The position numbers and the translations under genes are program-made. The notes under the pieces were generated by a model. The model was not told the origin of the DNA, did not search any database, and was given only the letters and a program-made list of their open reading frames with translations. Below, piece after piece: positions 1 through 8,704 of a DNA stretch of 64,000 nucleotides (its first letter is position 1; every line of letters begins with the position of its first letter). Source of the DNA: an uncultured virus (IMG/VR IMGVR_UViG_3300026549_001681). Taxonomy: Duplodnaviria > Heunggongvirae > Uroviricota > Caudoviricetes. Location of the stretch: IMG/VR virus record IMGVR_UViG_3300026549_001681; one strand, given 5' to 3'.

Positions 1-37
1 CTGATATCGCTGGTCGTTATGCTTGCCGAAACCTGTC

Positions 38-66
38 TTTATTGCATTCCGGGTTTGTGATATAAT
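38..66 (+). promoter_or_regulatory. Probable sigma-A promoter of tRNA-Arg (extended -10)
   Basis: TG-n-TATAAT at 58-66, 20 nt upstream of the tRNA 5' end. Confidence 0.6.
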
Positions 67-86
67 CTCGGACAGCCAAAAAATCT

Positions 87-163
87 GATTGTGTAGCTCA
101 GCTGGATAGAGCGACCGCCTCCTAAGCAGTAGGCCGGGGGTTCGAATCCCCCCACGATCACCA
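87..163 (+). tRNA. tRNA-Arg(CCT); probable ICE integration site
   Basis: Acceptor stem GATTGTG/CACGATC, D arm TAGCTCAGCTGGATAGAGC, anticodon loop CT-CCT-AA, T loop TTCGAAT, encoded CCA end. Confidence 0.97.
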
Positions 164-273
164 GTATTTACAAGGGGTTCGGGTTATTCCCGGGCCCTTT
201 GTTCATCATTCGGGATCGAGTGAAGATGAGTGAAGGAGATAAGACCAAGCCTGAAAAAGCACAAATGTTTTCT

Positions 274-1587
274 TTATGCCATTTCCAGCTCGTTAAGTTT
301 ATTCCTGACATCTTCCGCTTTTCTCCTATCGCTGAATGAATAATGCCTCTCGTTAGTCTGCATTGAATGTCCGAGAACGAGACACCTTTCGTTGCCGTCC
401 ACACCCGCCTCGATCAACTTGGCATTGTAAGTCACTCGGAAAGCGTGATTGTGTGAGATCTTTATGCCCAGTGCTTTGCATCTGCGTCTGAGATAGTACA
501 GATACGAGTCCTTGAGCACGGCCCGGCCGTCAGGGTGATGAAAGACATATTCCGATTCGCCCGGGAGCTCCAGAGCAATGTTAAGAGCGCTCTGGCACCT
601 GTCGGTTATCGGAACCAGTCTTCCGCCTTTCGGATTGGTTCTCTCATTCTTGGTATATTCGACATCTATCCAATGACGCTTGGTATCGTCTTCAGAGTCA
701 AATTGTATGACTTGCTGACGGTGAACATGGATAAAGCCGTCTTCTATGTCCTCGTGTTTCAAAGCTGCGAGCTCTCCGACACGCATACCGGTCTCCATGG
801 CCACGAGCATCATGGCTGCGTGAGGGTTCTTCCGGTCGCCGAGACAGTAAGTCCTGAGTTTGTCTATGTCCTCGGAGGAAAATGACCTTTCCTCATTTGA
901 CCTGGTGGACAGATCACAGAACTTGAAATAGTCCCTGGCATATATCCTCTTGGCAGGATTGGAAAAGCAATAACCTTGCTCCATTCCGAAAGAGAATACG
1001 GCCTGAACCTGTTGGAGCATCTTTTTCATGCCTTCCTTTTTCGGGTTCCTCGTAAGGAAGTCCATGACGAACCATTTTCTTATCTCATCTTCCGTAATAA
1101 GAGCAATATCTTTCTTCTTGATGTTCTTATCCAGGAATCCGTGATAACGCTGATAGTCCTTTATAGTCAGTTCAGACCTACCGAATTCACGCTTGGACTT
1201 GATAAACAGTTCAAAAACTTCTTCGTAAGTCTTGTTCCTGTTCTCCTGTCCGTGGTAGAAGTCGAATAGAAAATCGTATAATTTGTCTTCGGTAGCCTTT
1301 TCCACCTTCTTTCTCTTACCGTTGACATATACATAAGTCGTCCAGTGTCCGTTGCGGTATCTGTCCTTGGTTCTGAGCACAGATATTTTCTGGGTGTGCC
1401 TGGAATCGACATACAGTTGTTTCGCTTTCATGTTAGTCATAGCGATTAACCTGTGGGCGATCTCTGGGTTGCGCCTCAATAATACCATCATTTCCTGGTC
1501 AGACAACAGACTTGTCTCTTCGGCAGGCGCACTCGTCATCAAGGCGGAAAGCAGAGCTTTCATTTCGAAGTTATTATCCATCGACAT
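274..1587 (-). CDS. int: Tyrosine integrase
   Basis: TGMRVGEL, HAFR, LGHS..TNERHY catalytic motifs; SAM-like N domain; start at 1587 chosen from the GAGG RBS. Confidence 0.93.
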   Translation of the reverse strand: MSMDNNFEMKALLSALMTSAPAEETSLLSDQEMMVLLRRNPEIAHRLIAMTNMKAKQLYVDSRHTQKISVLRTKDRYRNGHWTTYVYVNGKRKKVEKATEDKLYDFLFDFYHGQENRNKTYEEVFELFIKSKREFGRSELTIKDYQRYHGFLDKNIKKKDIALITEDEIRKWFVMDFLTRNPKKEGMKKMLQQVQAVFSFGMEQGYCFSNPAKRIYARDYFKFCDLSTRSNEERSFSSEDIDKLRTYCLGDRKNPHAAMMLVAMETGMRVGELAALKHEDIEDGFIHVHRQQVIQFDSEDDTKRHWIDVEYTKNERTNPKGGRLVPITDRCQSALNIALELPGESEYVFHHPDGRAVLKDSYLYYLRRRCKALGIKISHNHAFRVTYNAKLIEAGVDGNERCLVLGHSMQTNERHYSFSDRRKAEDVRNKLNELEMA

Positions 1588-1682
1588 TTCCTCGCAAAAT
1601 AAAAAAGGCCCTGTTCCAAAGAACAAAGCCATAAATTCTTGGTCAAAAACGTAGGAAAGAGGACTTGGTCCCCTTTCAGCGT

Positions 1683-1731
1683 TAGTTATCTCGGTATATG
1701 GAGCAGACGCACCGGTCCCGGTACTCTGACA
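1683..1731 (-). repeat. 49-nt conserved hairpin element, copy 1 (integrase leader)
   Basis: 43/49 identical to 2684-2732. Confidence 0.85.
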
Positions 1732-1743
1732 GTTCAAATTTTT

Positions 1744-2202
1744 TTAGCGGATATATCTCATGCAATCGGGGTAAGGGAAAGAGCGAACGATTTTCTTGCC
1801 GGATCTTCCTTCGCACTCGATCTTCAGGACAGAGCCTTTTACTTCTTTGATGATCCCGGTCTTATACTTATATCTCTTGGAATAGCCGGCATTAGACTCT
1901 CTGAACTCTATCTTTTGGCCGACTGAAAAGACCTGATTTGCAGGGTGCGTAAGACCGGGCTTAGGAATCCGTGCCTTACGTCTCGGTTTGCCTATGAATC
2001 CGAGCCGGGACTTGTCTTTATCATCATCTTCAGACTCTTTTTCCCGGTAATAATCGCAGTGAGCACTGCCTCTGCATTGTTCGCAAAGATAAAAGCAGCG
2101 TTCTTTACAAAAGAAAACACACTTAGTCTTATGACGGCGATCATCATTCTTCCGCAGAGTCTCCAGGTGCCACGGCGTTCCGGTCATACGATTTACGCCC
2201 AT
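1744..2202 (-). CDS. Hypothetical protein, Cys-rich N-terminus
   Basis: 152-aa ORF in an operon-like run with RBS. Confidence 0.7.
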   Translation of the reverse strand: MGVNRMTGTPWHLETLRKNDDRRHKTKCVFFCKERCFYLCEQCRGSAHCDYYREKESEDDDKDKSRLGFIGKPRRKARIPKPGLTHPANQVFSVGQKIEFRESNAGYSKRYKYKTGIIKEVKGSVLKIECEGRSGKKIVRSFPYPDCMRYIR

Positions 2203-2211
2203 AAAAACCTC

Positions 2212-2433
2212 TTAGTCGATCAATTCCAGTTCCTTACGCGGTATGCGGGATATGATCGCATACATACCGCAGCAGGAACACTTCTCGGTTGCCACTTCTA
2301 CTCCGTAATGAGCTGACCTGATCGTACAGACAGTGTCAGGCGTTATGACCATGCCACCACCATTCTTGATAGGGTGGACAGGTCTGCATTTTCTTCCGAC
2401 AAGTTCATCTGCTTTATATTTTCTCGGTATCAT
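2212..2433 (-). CDS. Hypothetical protein (CxxC)
   Basis: 73-aa ORF coupled to the upstream gene. Confidence 0.65.
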   Translation of the reverse strand: MIPRKYKADELVGRKCRPVHPIKNGGGMVITPDTVCTIRSAHYGVEVATEKCSCCGMYAIISRIPRKELELID

Positions 2434-2669
2434 TACACTCCACCTCGTCCACGGTACAAATGGTCGATCAGGATAGAACTACTTGTTATCCTGTTCTGCT
2501 CTCTTTCATCATTAAACTTTACAAACAGATCTTTGCCTCCGAACTCGTTGTCTCTTATCTCGTAAGCACAAGCATGGCCTAAAAGTGAAGAAATATCCTT
2601 CAATATCGGCTCTGCGGCAGAAATATCACTGATCCCTCCAACAAGACAGTAATAATCATTCTTTTCCAT
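2433..2669 (-). CDS. Hypothetical protein, C-terminus GRGGV
   Basis: AGGAG RBS, 78 aa. Confidence 0.7.
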   Translation of the reverse strand: MEKNDYYCLVGGISDISAAEPILKDISSLLGHACAYEIRDNEFGGKDLFVKFNDEREQNRITSSSILIDHLYRGRGGV

Positions 2670-2683
2670 AAAAAACTCCTTTA

Positions 2684-2732
2684 TAGTTATCTTGGTACAT
2701 GAGGCAGACGTACCGGTCCCGGCACTCTGACA
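2684..2732 (-). repeat. 49-nt conserved hairpin element, copy 2
   Basis: Paralog of 1683-1731, directly upstream of the RBS of 2433..2669. Confidence 0.85.
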
Positions 2733-2760
2733 CCAAAACTGAATCTGTCATTCATAATTC

Positions 2761-3069
2761 TTAGATCCTCTCTATTCTTTCTCCCGTAACGCGGTTGAGA
2801 CGGAATACTGTGTAATCCTGTGTGATACCGTGAACACGGTCTCCGTCCTTGCAGCGCCTGACAATGGCAGCGGCATCTTCGACAGTGTCAGCTCCGCCGA
2901 CGCACTTCATGTTGCTGTCGGCGATCTCGTACAGGAAATACGAGCCGCCATGACCTTTGACCTTTCTGCCGACGATCTGTCTGTCGCTGCAAGGTTCTGT
3001 TCTGTTCTTGTCGCCACAGACCTTGATGTATCTGCAACTGACACACGGATGAGAAACAAGTGAACTCAT
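2761..3069 (-). CDS. Hypothetical protein, Cys-rich N-terminus
   Basis: AGGAG RBS, 102 aa. Confidence 0.7.
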   Translation of the reverse strand: MSSLVSHPCVSCRYIKVCGDKNRTEPCSDRQIVGRKVKGHGGSYFLYEIADSNMKCVGGADTVEDAAAIVRRCKDGDRVHGITQDYTVFRLNRVTGERIERI

Positions 3070-3176
3070 GCGGGCTTCTCCTTCATCTGTCTCTCTTGCT
3101 CCTGCGGAGCCTCTGAAAGCAACATATCCCGCAAAGAAAGCTGGTTATCAATACTCATAAAAACCTCCTTGACGGA

Positions 3177-3285
3177 CACAAAATTGTGGCACAAGTTGTG
3201 TGTGTCCGAAGTTGTGTTATAGCCGTCAAAGTCAATAAACACAGCAGTTTCGGGCTTAGTAAAGTGTTGTGCCGGGGTGTTGTGT
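3177..3285. repeat. GTTGTG/CACAAC motif cluster
   Basis: 3177-3216 is the reverse complement of 56720-56759 with 3 mismatches. Confidence 0.8.
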
Positions 3286-3638
3286 CAATTCTTTTCAGGA
3301 ACTCTTTTCACTTCGACCTTGATATTGTGAGGAAACTTCCTGCTTTTCTTGACCGTGCCTATGGTAAGAAACCTCGTTTTGAGGACCTTGGTAGGAGAAG
3401 TCCATTCCAGATACCGGTCAAGATCCAAAAATCTCAGTGAGCCCTGCTCATCATCACCGAGCATCTTCTTTTCAGCGTCCAAGAGGAGCTCTCCGATCTT
3501 CCACTTTTCCTGATCCTCACAGTAATACGCGCTCAGAGGAAGATGCACAAGGACAATTTCTTGCGTATCCAAATTGACAAAGCGGAACCTTACACAGTCA
3601 TTGCTGAGCGAAAAAGGCTTTGCTCCTGTATGCTTCAT
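3285..3638 (-). CDS. Hypothetical protein
   Basis: GAGGAG RBS, 117 aa. Confidence 0.7.
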   Translation of the reverse strand: MKHTGAKPFSLSNDCVRFRFVNLDTQEIVLVHLPLSAYYCEDQEKWKIGELLLDAEKKMLGDDEQGSLRFLDLDRYLEWTSPTKVLKTRFLTIGTVKKSRKFPHNIKVEVKRVPEKN

Positions 3639-3647
3639 AATTCTCCT

Positions 3648-4046
3648 CTATCTGATGCTTCTTGTTATCTCTTCGAATTTCTTCAGAGCACTGATCGTCT
3701 GGTTGATGTGTGTCGGGTGGATATCATCAAGATGTCCCAACCTCGCCTTGACGATTACCATTTCATCTTCTGCAAGGTCAGATACGACCGAGCTCGGCAG
3801 GGAAGGGCGGAGATATGTTCTATTCTCGTTGTAGATGCGCCCGTCATGCTTCTTTGCCTCGCAGACAACAGCAAGCGTCTCTTTAAGCGTATCGAATCCG
3901 AGAAGCTCCGTAAGGTGTCTTGCGACATCGTCGGGCGTTGCTCCGTTCTTTGTATCATTGGAATCGGGAACTTTCGCATTAAAAACTTCGACGATCCTTT
4001 CCCAGTTATTACTGATCCTTGTCCATTCTTCGCGTGTAGTAATCAT
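3648..4046 (-). CDS. Hypothetical protein, DUF3849-like
   Basis: LAVVCEAKKHDGRIYNEN..HPTHIN resembles the ICE DUF3849 pattern; start at MITTREEW after GGAGG. Confidence 0.45.
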   Translation of the reverse strand: MITTREEWTRISNNWERIVEVFNAKVPDSNDTKNGATPDDVARHLTELLGFDTLKETLAVVCEAKKHDGRIYNENRTYLRPSLPSSVVSDLAEDEMVIVKARLGHLDDIHPTHINQTISALKKFEEITRSIR

Positions 4047-4321
4047 GCAGCCCTCCCGATATTGAGCCTGTAACAGCTGGTAACGAAAAACCACTCTGTA
4101 CCGTCTTCCTGCTTTGCATAACCGTTGTGATCGTTGTTTGCGAAAACGATAGACTCGGTCCACGGATAGTCAATGAGACTGCTGACAACGGAAGGGATAC
4201 ACAATATATAGTTCCTCATTGCTTCGACGACTTCCTGTTCGGTCTGTCTTGCAATGCTTTCAATATGCTTGTCTCTCGTGTTGAACCAACTCAGAGTATA
4301 GAAAGAACCTGTACCGATCAT
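4043..4321 (-). CDS. Hypothetical protein, C-terminus GRAA
   Basis: 92-aa ORF, overlapping stop/start with neighbours. Confidence 0.65.
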   Translation of the reverse strand: MIGTGSFYTLSWFNTRDKHIESIARQTEQEVVEAMRNYILCIPSVVSSLIDYPWTESIVFANNDHNGYAKQEDGTEWFFVTSCYRLNIGRAA

Positions 4322-4441
4322 TCGTCGTCCTCCTCGTCATTTTGTTCGTCTCTGGCCTGACAGATATCGCAGTCGCCGGGACAGAGAACACTATCGCAAT
4401 ATATAGCTGCTCTGTATAATGTCATGCTCATCTGTCTCTCC

Positions 4442-4807
4442 TTATGCGGACTCGTCATCTTCATCAGCGCCGTTTTCAGCGAGCCAATTCTGATATTCCG
4501 TCTCGGCCTCGTCGATCACATCCTGCACAGGACGACCGGAAACAGTTGAGACTCCCGCGATCTCTTCGAACTGAACGACAAAGAAAGCAACATGATGGTC
4601 AGAATACTGGATGTAAAAGCCGCCTCTATCCAAAGGATAAAATTCGTTATCCTCCGGTGCCTCGTCAGGTTCTTCTTCGGCAATATACTTCTTGGCCTTC
4701 GCCATACAGTATTCAAGCGCCTTGTCATAATCACATTCAATAATATGAAGATCCCAGACATTCTCTGCGCCTTCATTATTCGATGCCATAAAAAGCCATT
4801 TTGTCAT
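4442..4807 (-). CDS. Acidic hypothetical protein, paralog of 4857..5228
   Basis: GGAGG RBS; shared W(L)..N.E...A..(Y/F)C.A.A..Y pattern. Confidence 0.7.
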   Translation of the reverse strand: MTKWLFMASNNEGAENVWDLHIIECDYDKALEYCMAKAKKYIAEEEPDEAPEDNEFYPLDRGGFYIQYSDHHVAFFVVQFEEIAGVSTVSGRPVQDVIDEAETEYQNWLAENGADEDDESA

Positions 4808-4856
4808 AAAATTACCTCCGATATTGGTCTTGGTATGGTCTTATCTTCGTTATCTG

Positions 4857-5228
4857 TCAGGAACGGCCTAATAATGATGCTTCGCCGTACTCCCGTGTTA
4901 CTCTGTCGATATATTTTTCAAGCCCCTTGTCTTCTATCACGGTTCGACTAAAGATCTTTGCGACATCGGTTGCGATAACGGCACAATGAAAGGTCCTGAA
5001 CTGAACAACGCATGAGATTTCGTGTTCTTTTGCCTGATGAATACACGGCTCGCCAAAGAGCCTTGAACCGTCCTTGACATACTTCATAGCCAGTTCTCTT
5101 GCCTGTGCAAGACAGAAGTCCTGAGCTTCTTGGGCGGTCGCCCTGATAACAAAGCTGCCTGAAATGTATTCACACTCTTCGCTGTTAGTGATCTGAATGA
5201 GCCACTGCTTCTTTTCCGTGTCTGCCAT
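4857..5228 (-). CDS. Hypothetical protein, C-terminus LGRS
   Basis: AGGAG RBS, 123 aa. Confidence 0.7.
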   Translation of the reverse strand: MADTEKKQWLIQITNSEECEYISGSFVIRATAQEAQDFCLAQARELAMKYVKDGSRLFGEPCIHQAKEHEISCVVQFRTFHCAVIATDVAKIFSRTVIEDKGLEKYIDRVTREYGEASLLGRS

Positions 5229-5383
5229 GATATAAGAACTCCTTATTCAATCTACCCGTTTTACCCGACGGGCGGCGGGGAGAGATCTCAGATTACTCCG
5301 CCGTGATAGTTATACGGCGCATCGGACCTCTCAGCCTGTTGCTTCAAGTTTTCCCATTCTAAAGAATCCATAGGAAACTCCTT

Positions 5384-5737
5384 TCATTCGGGATGCCTGT
5401 TTATAAGAAACTTCACATAATCGTCAACAAGTCGCTTGTCCGCTCTGGCCAGTTTCCTGTAACCCTTGACCAGACTTGCTTCGGCATTGGAAACTCTGAG
5501 ATTCAAAGGAAGGCTCGGTTCGAACACATCCGTTTCACCGACAAGCCAACCGGGAAGCACATCAAGTGCCGCAGCGATCTTACCGAGCGTTCCTCTGTGT
5601 GGGAGGATCGCACCTCGCCTGTATCGTGAGATAGTCGCTTCATCGATATCAGCTTTTCTTGCAAGCTCGGCAGAAGTCATAGAACGAGTCTCCATTGCTT
5701 CCTTGAGTCTCTTCGCAAAAATGTCGTTGTAGTCCAT
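5384..5737 (-). CDS. XRE-family HTH repressor
   Basis: RLKEAM..MTSAELARKADIDEATISRYRRG..KIAAALDV..WLVG. Confidence 0.9.
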   Translation of the reverse strand: MDYNDIFAKRLKEAMETRSMTSAELARKADIDEATISRYRRGAILPHRGTLGKIAAALDVLPGWLVGETDVFEPSLPLNLRVSNAEASLVKGYRKLARADKRLVDDYVKFLINRHPE

Positions 5738-5898
5738 GGATCACTCCTTAAGCAAAATCTTCGGCAAGTTCATCAAAGAAGCCGTCTTCATATTGTCCGC
5801 TCTCAATAACCTTGAGAAGGAAAACCGTTACTTCTGTATCTGTCATTGTTTCGATATTGATGGCTGTCATATCCATATTCGTTACCCCTTTATCCCGG

Positions 5899-6828
5899 CT
5901 AAGCCACATCGGACTCAGCAATCTTAACCGATCCGTCTGCAAGACTATATTTATAGATGCTGTAAGAGAGAATATCGGAAGGTCTCAGCTCATGGTCATT
6001 GACATCGGCGAGCATGGAAGCCAAGTGTTTTACAGGCAATTCGGCCGGAAGCACAATGATTTCTTCGACAGATGACGGAATGATATAACAGTCAGAACCG
6101 AGTTTTTTCGCAACTTTCCCGAGAACATCGGCATAAAGAAGAGCATTGCCGCCAAGCTGAGCACGAACACTTACGGTGAACATCTTGCGCTCCGAGTGAG
6201 CTTTCATCTCTTTCGTCTGTGCCTTGACGACATTTTCCGGCACGCCCTGTTTTCTCATTACCTCGGCAAAGTGGTCTTCGAAGCGCATAATCTTGGCAGG
6301 GAACAATCCCTGAGTGTTTTTCTGGGACAGTTCGTAAAGAGCATTTTCATCAACGCCAAGGTGTTTAGCCAACGAATTGTCAATTACAAATGATGCAAAT
6401 TTCGAATCCGTTACCTCGACAGCGACACGATAGATGACCGCAAGATCACCGAACAATCTGTGAGGAGCCTTCGCAAGCAGTTCACCGTTATAGTTTGCAT
6501 TGATTACATTGAATACAACCTTGTCCGCTACGGAAGCAAGATCGAACTTCGGCACCGTAGGGATCTGCTGAAATCCTTCTTCAATACAGTCGGCAAAATG
6601 ACGCATGGTTTCGTCAAATGAACCGTTATACTGATAAACTTCAAACATTGTTTCGAGATATACGCAAGGACCGCCTTTTGCGGACTCTGAAATAACGCAG
6701 ATTCCTGTAAGAGTTCTGTTCAACTTGTTGACAGGGCGCACTTCGATCTCGTAGTTGCAGTAGGGCTCAGGAAGGAAATCCTTAAACTCGTTCAGTGCTT
6801 TACTTTTGAATTCTTCGAAACTCATCAT
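5899..6828 (-). CDS. DUF5688-like ICE protein
   Basis: V.K.N..LTG, P.VYLE, PHR.FGDLAVIYR, YIIPSSVEEII, LSYSIYKY motifs. Confidence 0.75.
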   Translation of the reverse strand: MMSFEEFKSKALNEFKDFLPEPYCNYEIEVRPVNKLNRTLTGICVISESAKGGPCVYLETMFEVYQYNGSFDETMRHFADCIEEGFQQIPTVPKFDLASVADKVVFNVINANYNGELLAKAPHRLFGDLAVIYRVAVEVTDSKFASFVIDNSLAKHLGVDENALYELSQKNTQGLFPAKIMRFEDHFAEVMRKQGVPENVVKAQTKEMKAHSERKMFTVSVRAQLGGNALLYADVLGKVAKKLGSDCYIIPSSVEEIIVLPAELPVKHLASMLADVNDHELRPSDILSYSIYKYSLADGSVKIAESDVA

Positions 6829-7042
6829 GGTCAAATACCTCCATCAGTCTTGGTCTTATCCTCAATGTCATTATATAACGATACAGAGAAAAAATCAATA
6901 CCAAAACTGCAAAAAGTTGCAAGCTGTGCAACAATTTTTATGACCGGGAAGTATGTGAATAAAAAGAAATATCTCCTTTTCCGCGAATAAACAAGGAGCA
7001 GAACCCAGAAGTTCCACTCCTTGCTGCACAATATTTTAGTCT

Positions 7043-7100
7043 ATTATAACACAGTTGCGCGAAATGCAAATACTTGCGTAAAAATCACCTTATTTGGGAG
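7043..7100 (-). promoter_or_regulatory. Conserved box + promoter module, copy 1
   Basis: Minus strand: CTCCCAAATAAGGTGATTTT (7081-7100), TTGCAT-15-TATAAT. Confidence 0.75.
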
Positions 7101-7250
7101 TTTTGTAACAAAAATATAAATGGACATAGTTATAGCCTTGACCGGAAATGTGTTGCAACGCCTGCAAATTGTTGCGGGGAGTGAAAAGGGTATGTATAAT
7201 CGGGACAAGAAGCAGAACGCTTCAAATAATAACAGGGAAGAGTATCCGTA

Positions 7251-7424
7251 ATGACAAAGACAAAAGGAAAGGTCAAACAGAGAGCCATCACTATACGGAT
7301 CTCGGATGAGTTGTATGAGCAGCTGGAAAATCACTGCGAAAGAACAGGACAGTATAAGACGACTGCCTTGGAAAGAGCGCTCGAAGAATATATGGAAAAG
7401 TGTTCCAAACTCGGACGCATTTGA
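7251..7424 (+). CDS. Ribbon-helix-helix (CopG/Arc-like) regulator, 57 aa, not in the ORF track
   Basis: MTKTKGKVKQRAITIRISDELYEQLENHCERTGQYKTTALERALEEYMEKCSKLGRI; own promoter TTGCGG-17-TATAAT at 7172-7200. Confidence 0.8.
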   Translation: MTKTKGKVKQRAITIRISDELYEQLENHCERTGQYKTTALERALEEYMEKCSKLGRI

Positions 7425-7543
7425 ATTGAGCTATGCTTTAGCAAATAAATAATTTCCCCGGAGAGACCTGTCGTAACTGGCAGGTCTTTTCATGTCAGAC
7501 ATCTGCCTGATTTATCTATGTAGGGAGATGGAATTATTTCCGA

Positions 7544-7582
7544 TAAAAAAAGACCGCCGGAGGATAACTTCCTCCGACGGTA
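7544..7582 (-). terminator. Intrinsic terminator ending the transfer operon
   Basis: GC hairpin followed by a T run on the minus strand after the sigma gene. Confidence 0.75.
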
Positions 7583-7600
7583 CTTGGTCGATATAAAGTT

Positions 7601-8650
7601 TCAAATGCCGAGCATATTATCCTGAAAGTTCAGTTTCCGTAAAGCACGGCCGAGTTTGCCTTCGGCATCCTGACATATCTTGCTTGCACGCTGCGGAGAC
7701 ACCCCGAACCTTTCCGCTATGGCACGGATCTGTTCTTCAGCATTATCATCCAGACCATATTTCGCTTTAATAAACGCTTTTTCGCGGTCATTTAACACAG
7801 CGTCCATGACAGAAGAGAGAAACTTTTTCCTTGCCTCGATCTCTGCTATGTCAACAGGTGTGGGAGCTTCATCTGCGACAAGGTCTTTCATGATCTCATG
7901 TCTGTTTGGCCCTTCCTCGCTCACGGATGATTCCAAAGACAAGGCAAAAGGATACAGTTTCATCGTCTCCCGAGCGCACTGTAAGGTGATCTTCTCATTC
8001 GGAAACATCGTGTTATATTCTTTTACGGTCTCCGTCAAGGAAGCCACGCCTTTATTTCGGGACTGAACCAATGCTTCGGCTGTCTTGAGACGGTTGTAAC
8101 GCTCGGGAAAAGCCTGCGGTACCTTATATGCAAATCCGATTCCTGCGACGGCACGGGTGATATATGTATAGATACAGTAGTAAGCATAGTTACAAAACCT
8201 GACACCTTTAGAACCATCATAGATCTCGGCAGCGTACATAAGCCCCTGATTACATTCCTGTATCAGATCTTCTATACCGAAGGAAGCAGAAGTTTTGCTT
8301 GCAAATTTTCTCGCCATCCACAAAGAGAACAAAAGGTTATGCTCTACGAGAGCATTTCTCGCCTCTATTCTGGTAAATTTGTCTTTGGCATGATGGACCT
8401 TGTAAGAAAGAGCCCGTTCTTCTTCTGCCGTGAGGAGCGGGATTTTTTCAGCCTCTTTCTTAAACAGATAAAGCGAAGTCAGATCTTTTTTGGGATCCTC
8501 GTCATCCCATTCCTGCCGTATAGGCTCAACAGAGACATCCTGTTCGAGTTTTACGGCATCGGAAGGGAGGAGGCCGAGTTCGATTATATACCGGTCAAAC
8601 TCTTCCCGTTTGATTATCCCTCCGGTATTAACCAAGCCTGAAAGTTCCAT
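7601..8650 (-). CDS. Sigma-70 family (RpoD-like) sigma factor
   Basis: Region 1.2 IPLLTAEEE; region 2 ARNALVEHNL, EDLIQECNQGL, GVRFCNYA; region 4 LNDREK..IAERFGVSPQR. Confidence 0.88.
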   Translation of the reverse strand: MELSGLVNTGGIIKREEFDRYIIELGLLPSDAVKLEQDVSVEPIRQEWDDEDPKKDLTSLYLFKKEAEKIPLLTAEEERALSYKVHHAKDKFTRIEARNALVEHNLLFSLWMARKFASKTSASFGIEDLIQECNQGLMYAAEIYDGSKGVRFCNYAYYCIYTYITRAVAGIGFAYKVPQAFPERYNRLKTAEALVQSRNKGVASLTETVKEYNTMFPNEKITLQCARETMKLYPFALSLESSVSEEGPNRHEIMKDLVADEAPTPVDIAEIEARKKFLSSVMDAVLNDREKAFIKAKYGLDDNAEEQIRAIAERFGVSPQRASKICQDAEGKLGRALRKLNFQDNMLGI

Positions 8651-8704
8651 AAATGTTTTTCTCCGTCAAATTCTGTCATTCGAATAAAAGAGCAGGCTTA
8701 CACC

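Noticed and set aside
1588..1737. 5' extension of the integrase in the ORF track
   Set aside because: Runs through the hairpin leader and terminator; the RBS supports a start at 1587. Similar over-extensions were trimmed for other genes
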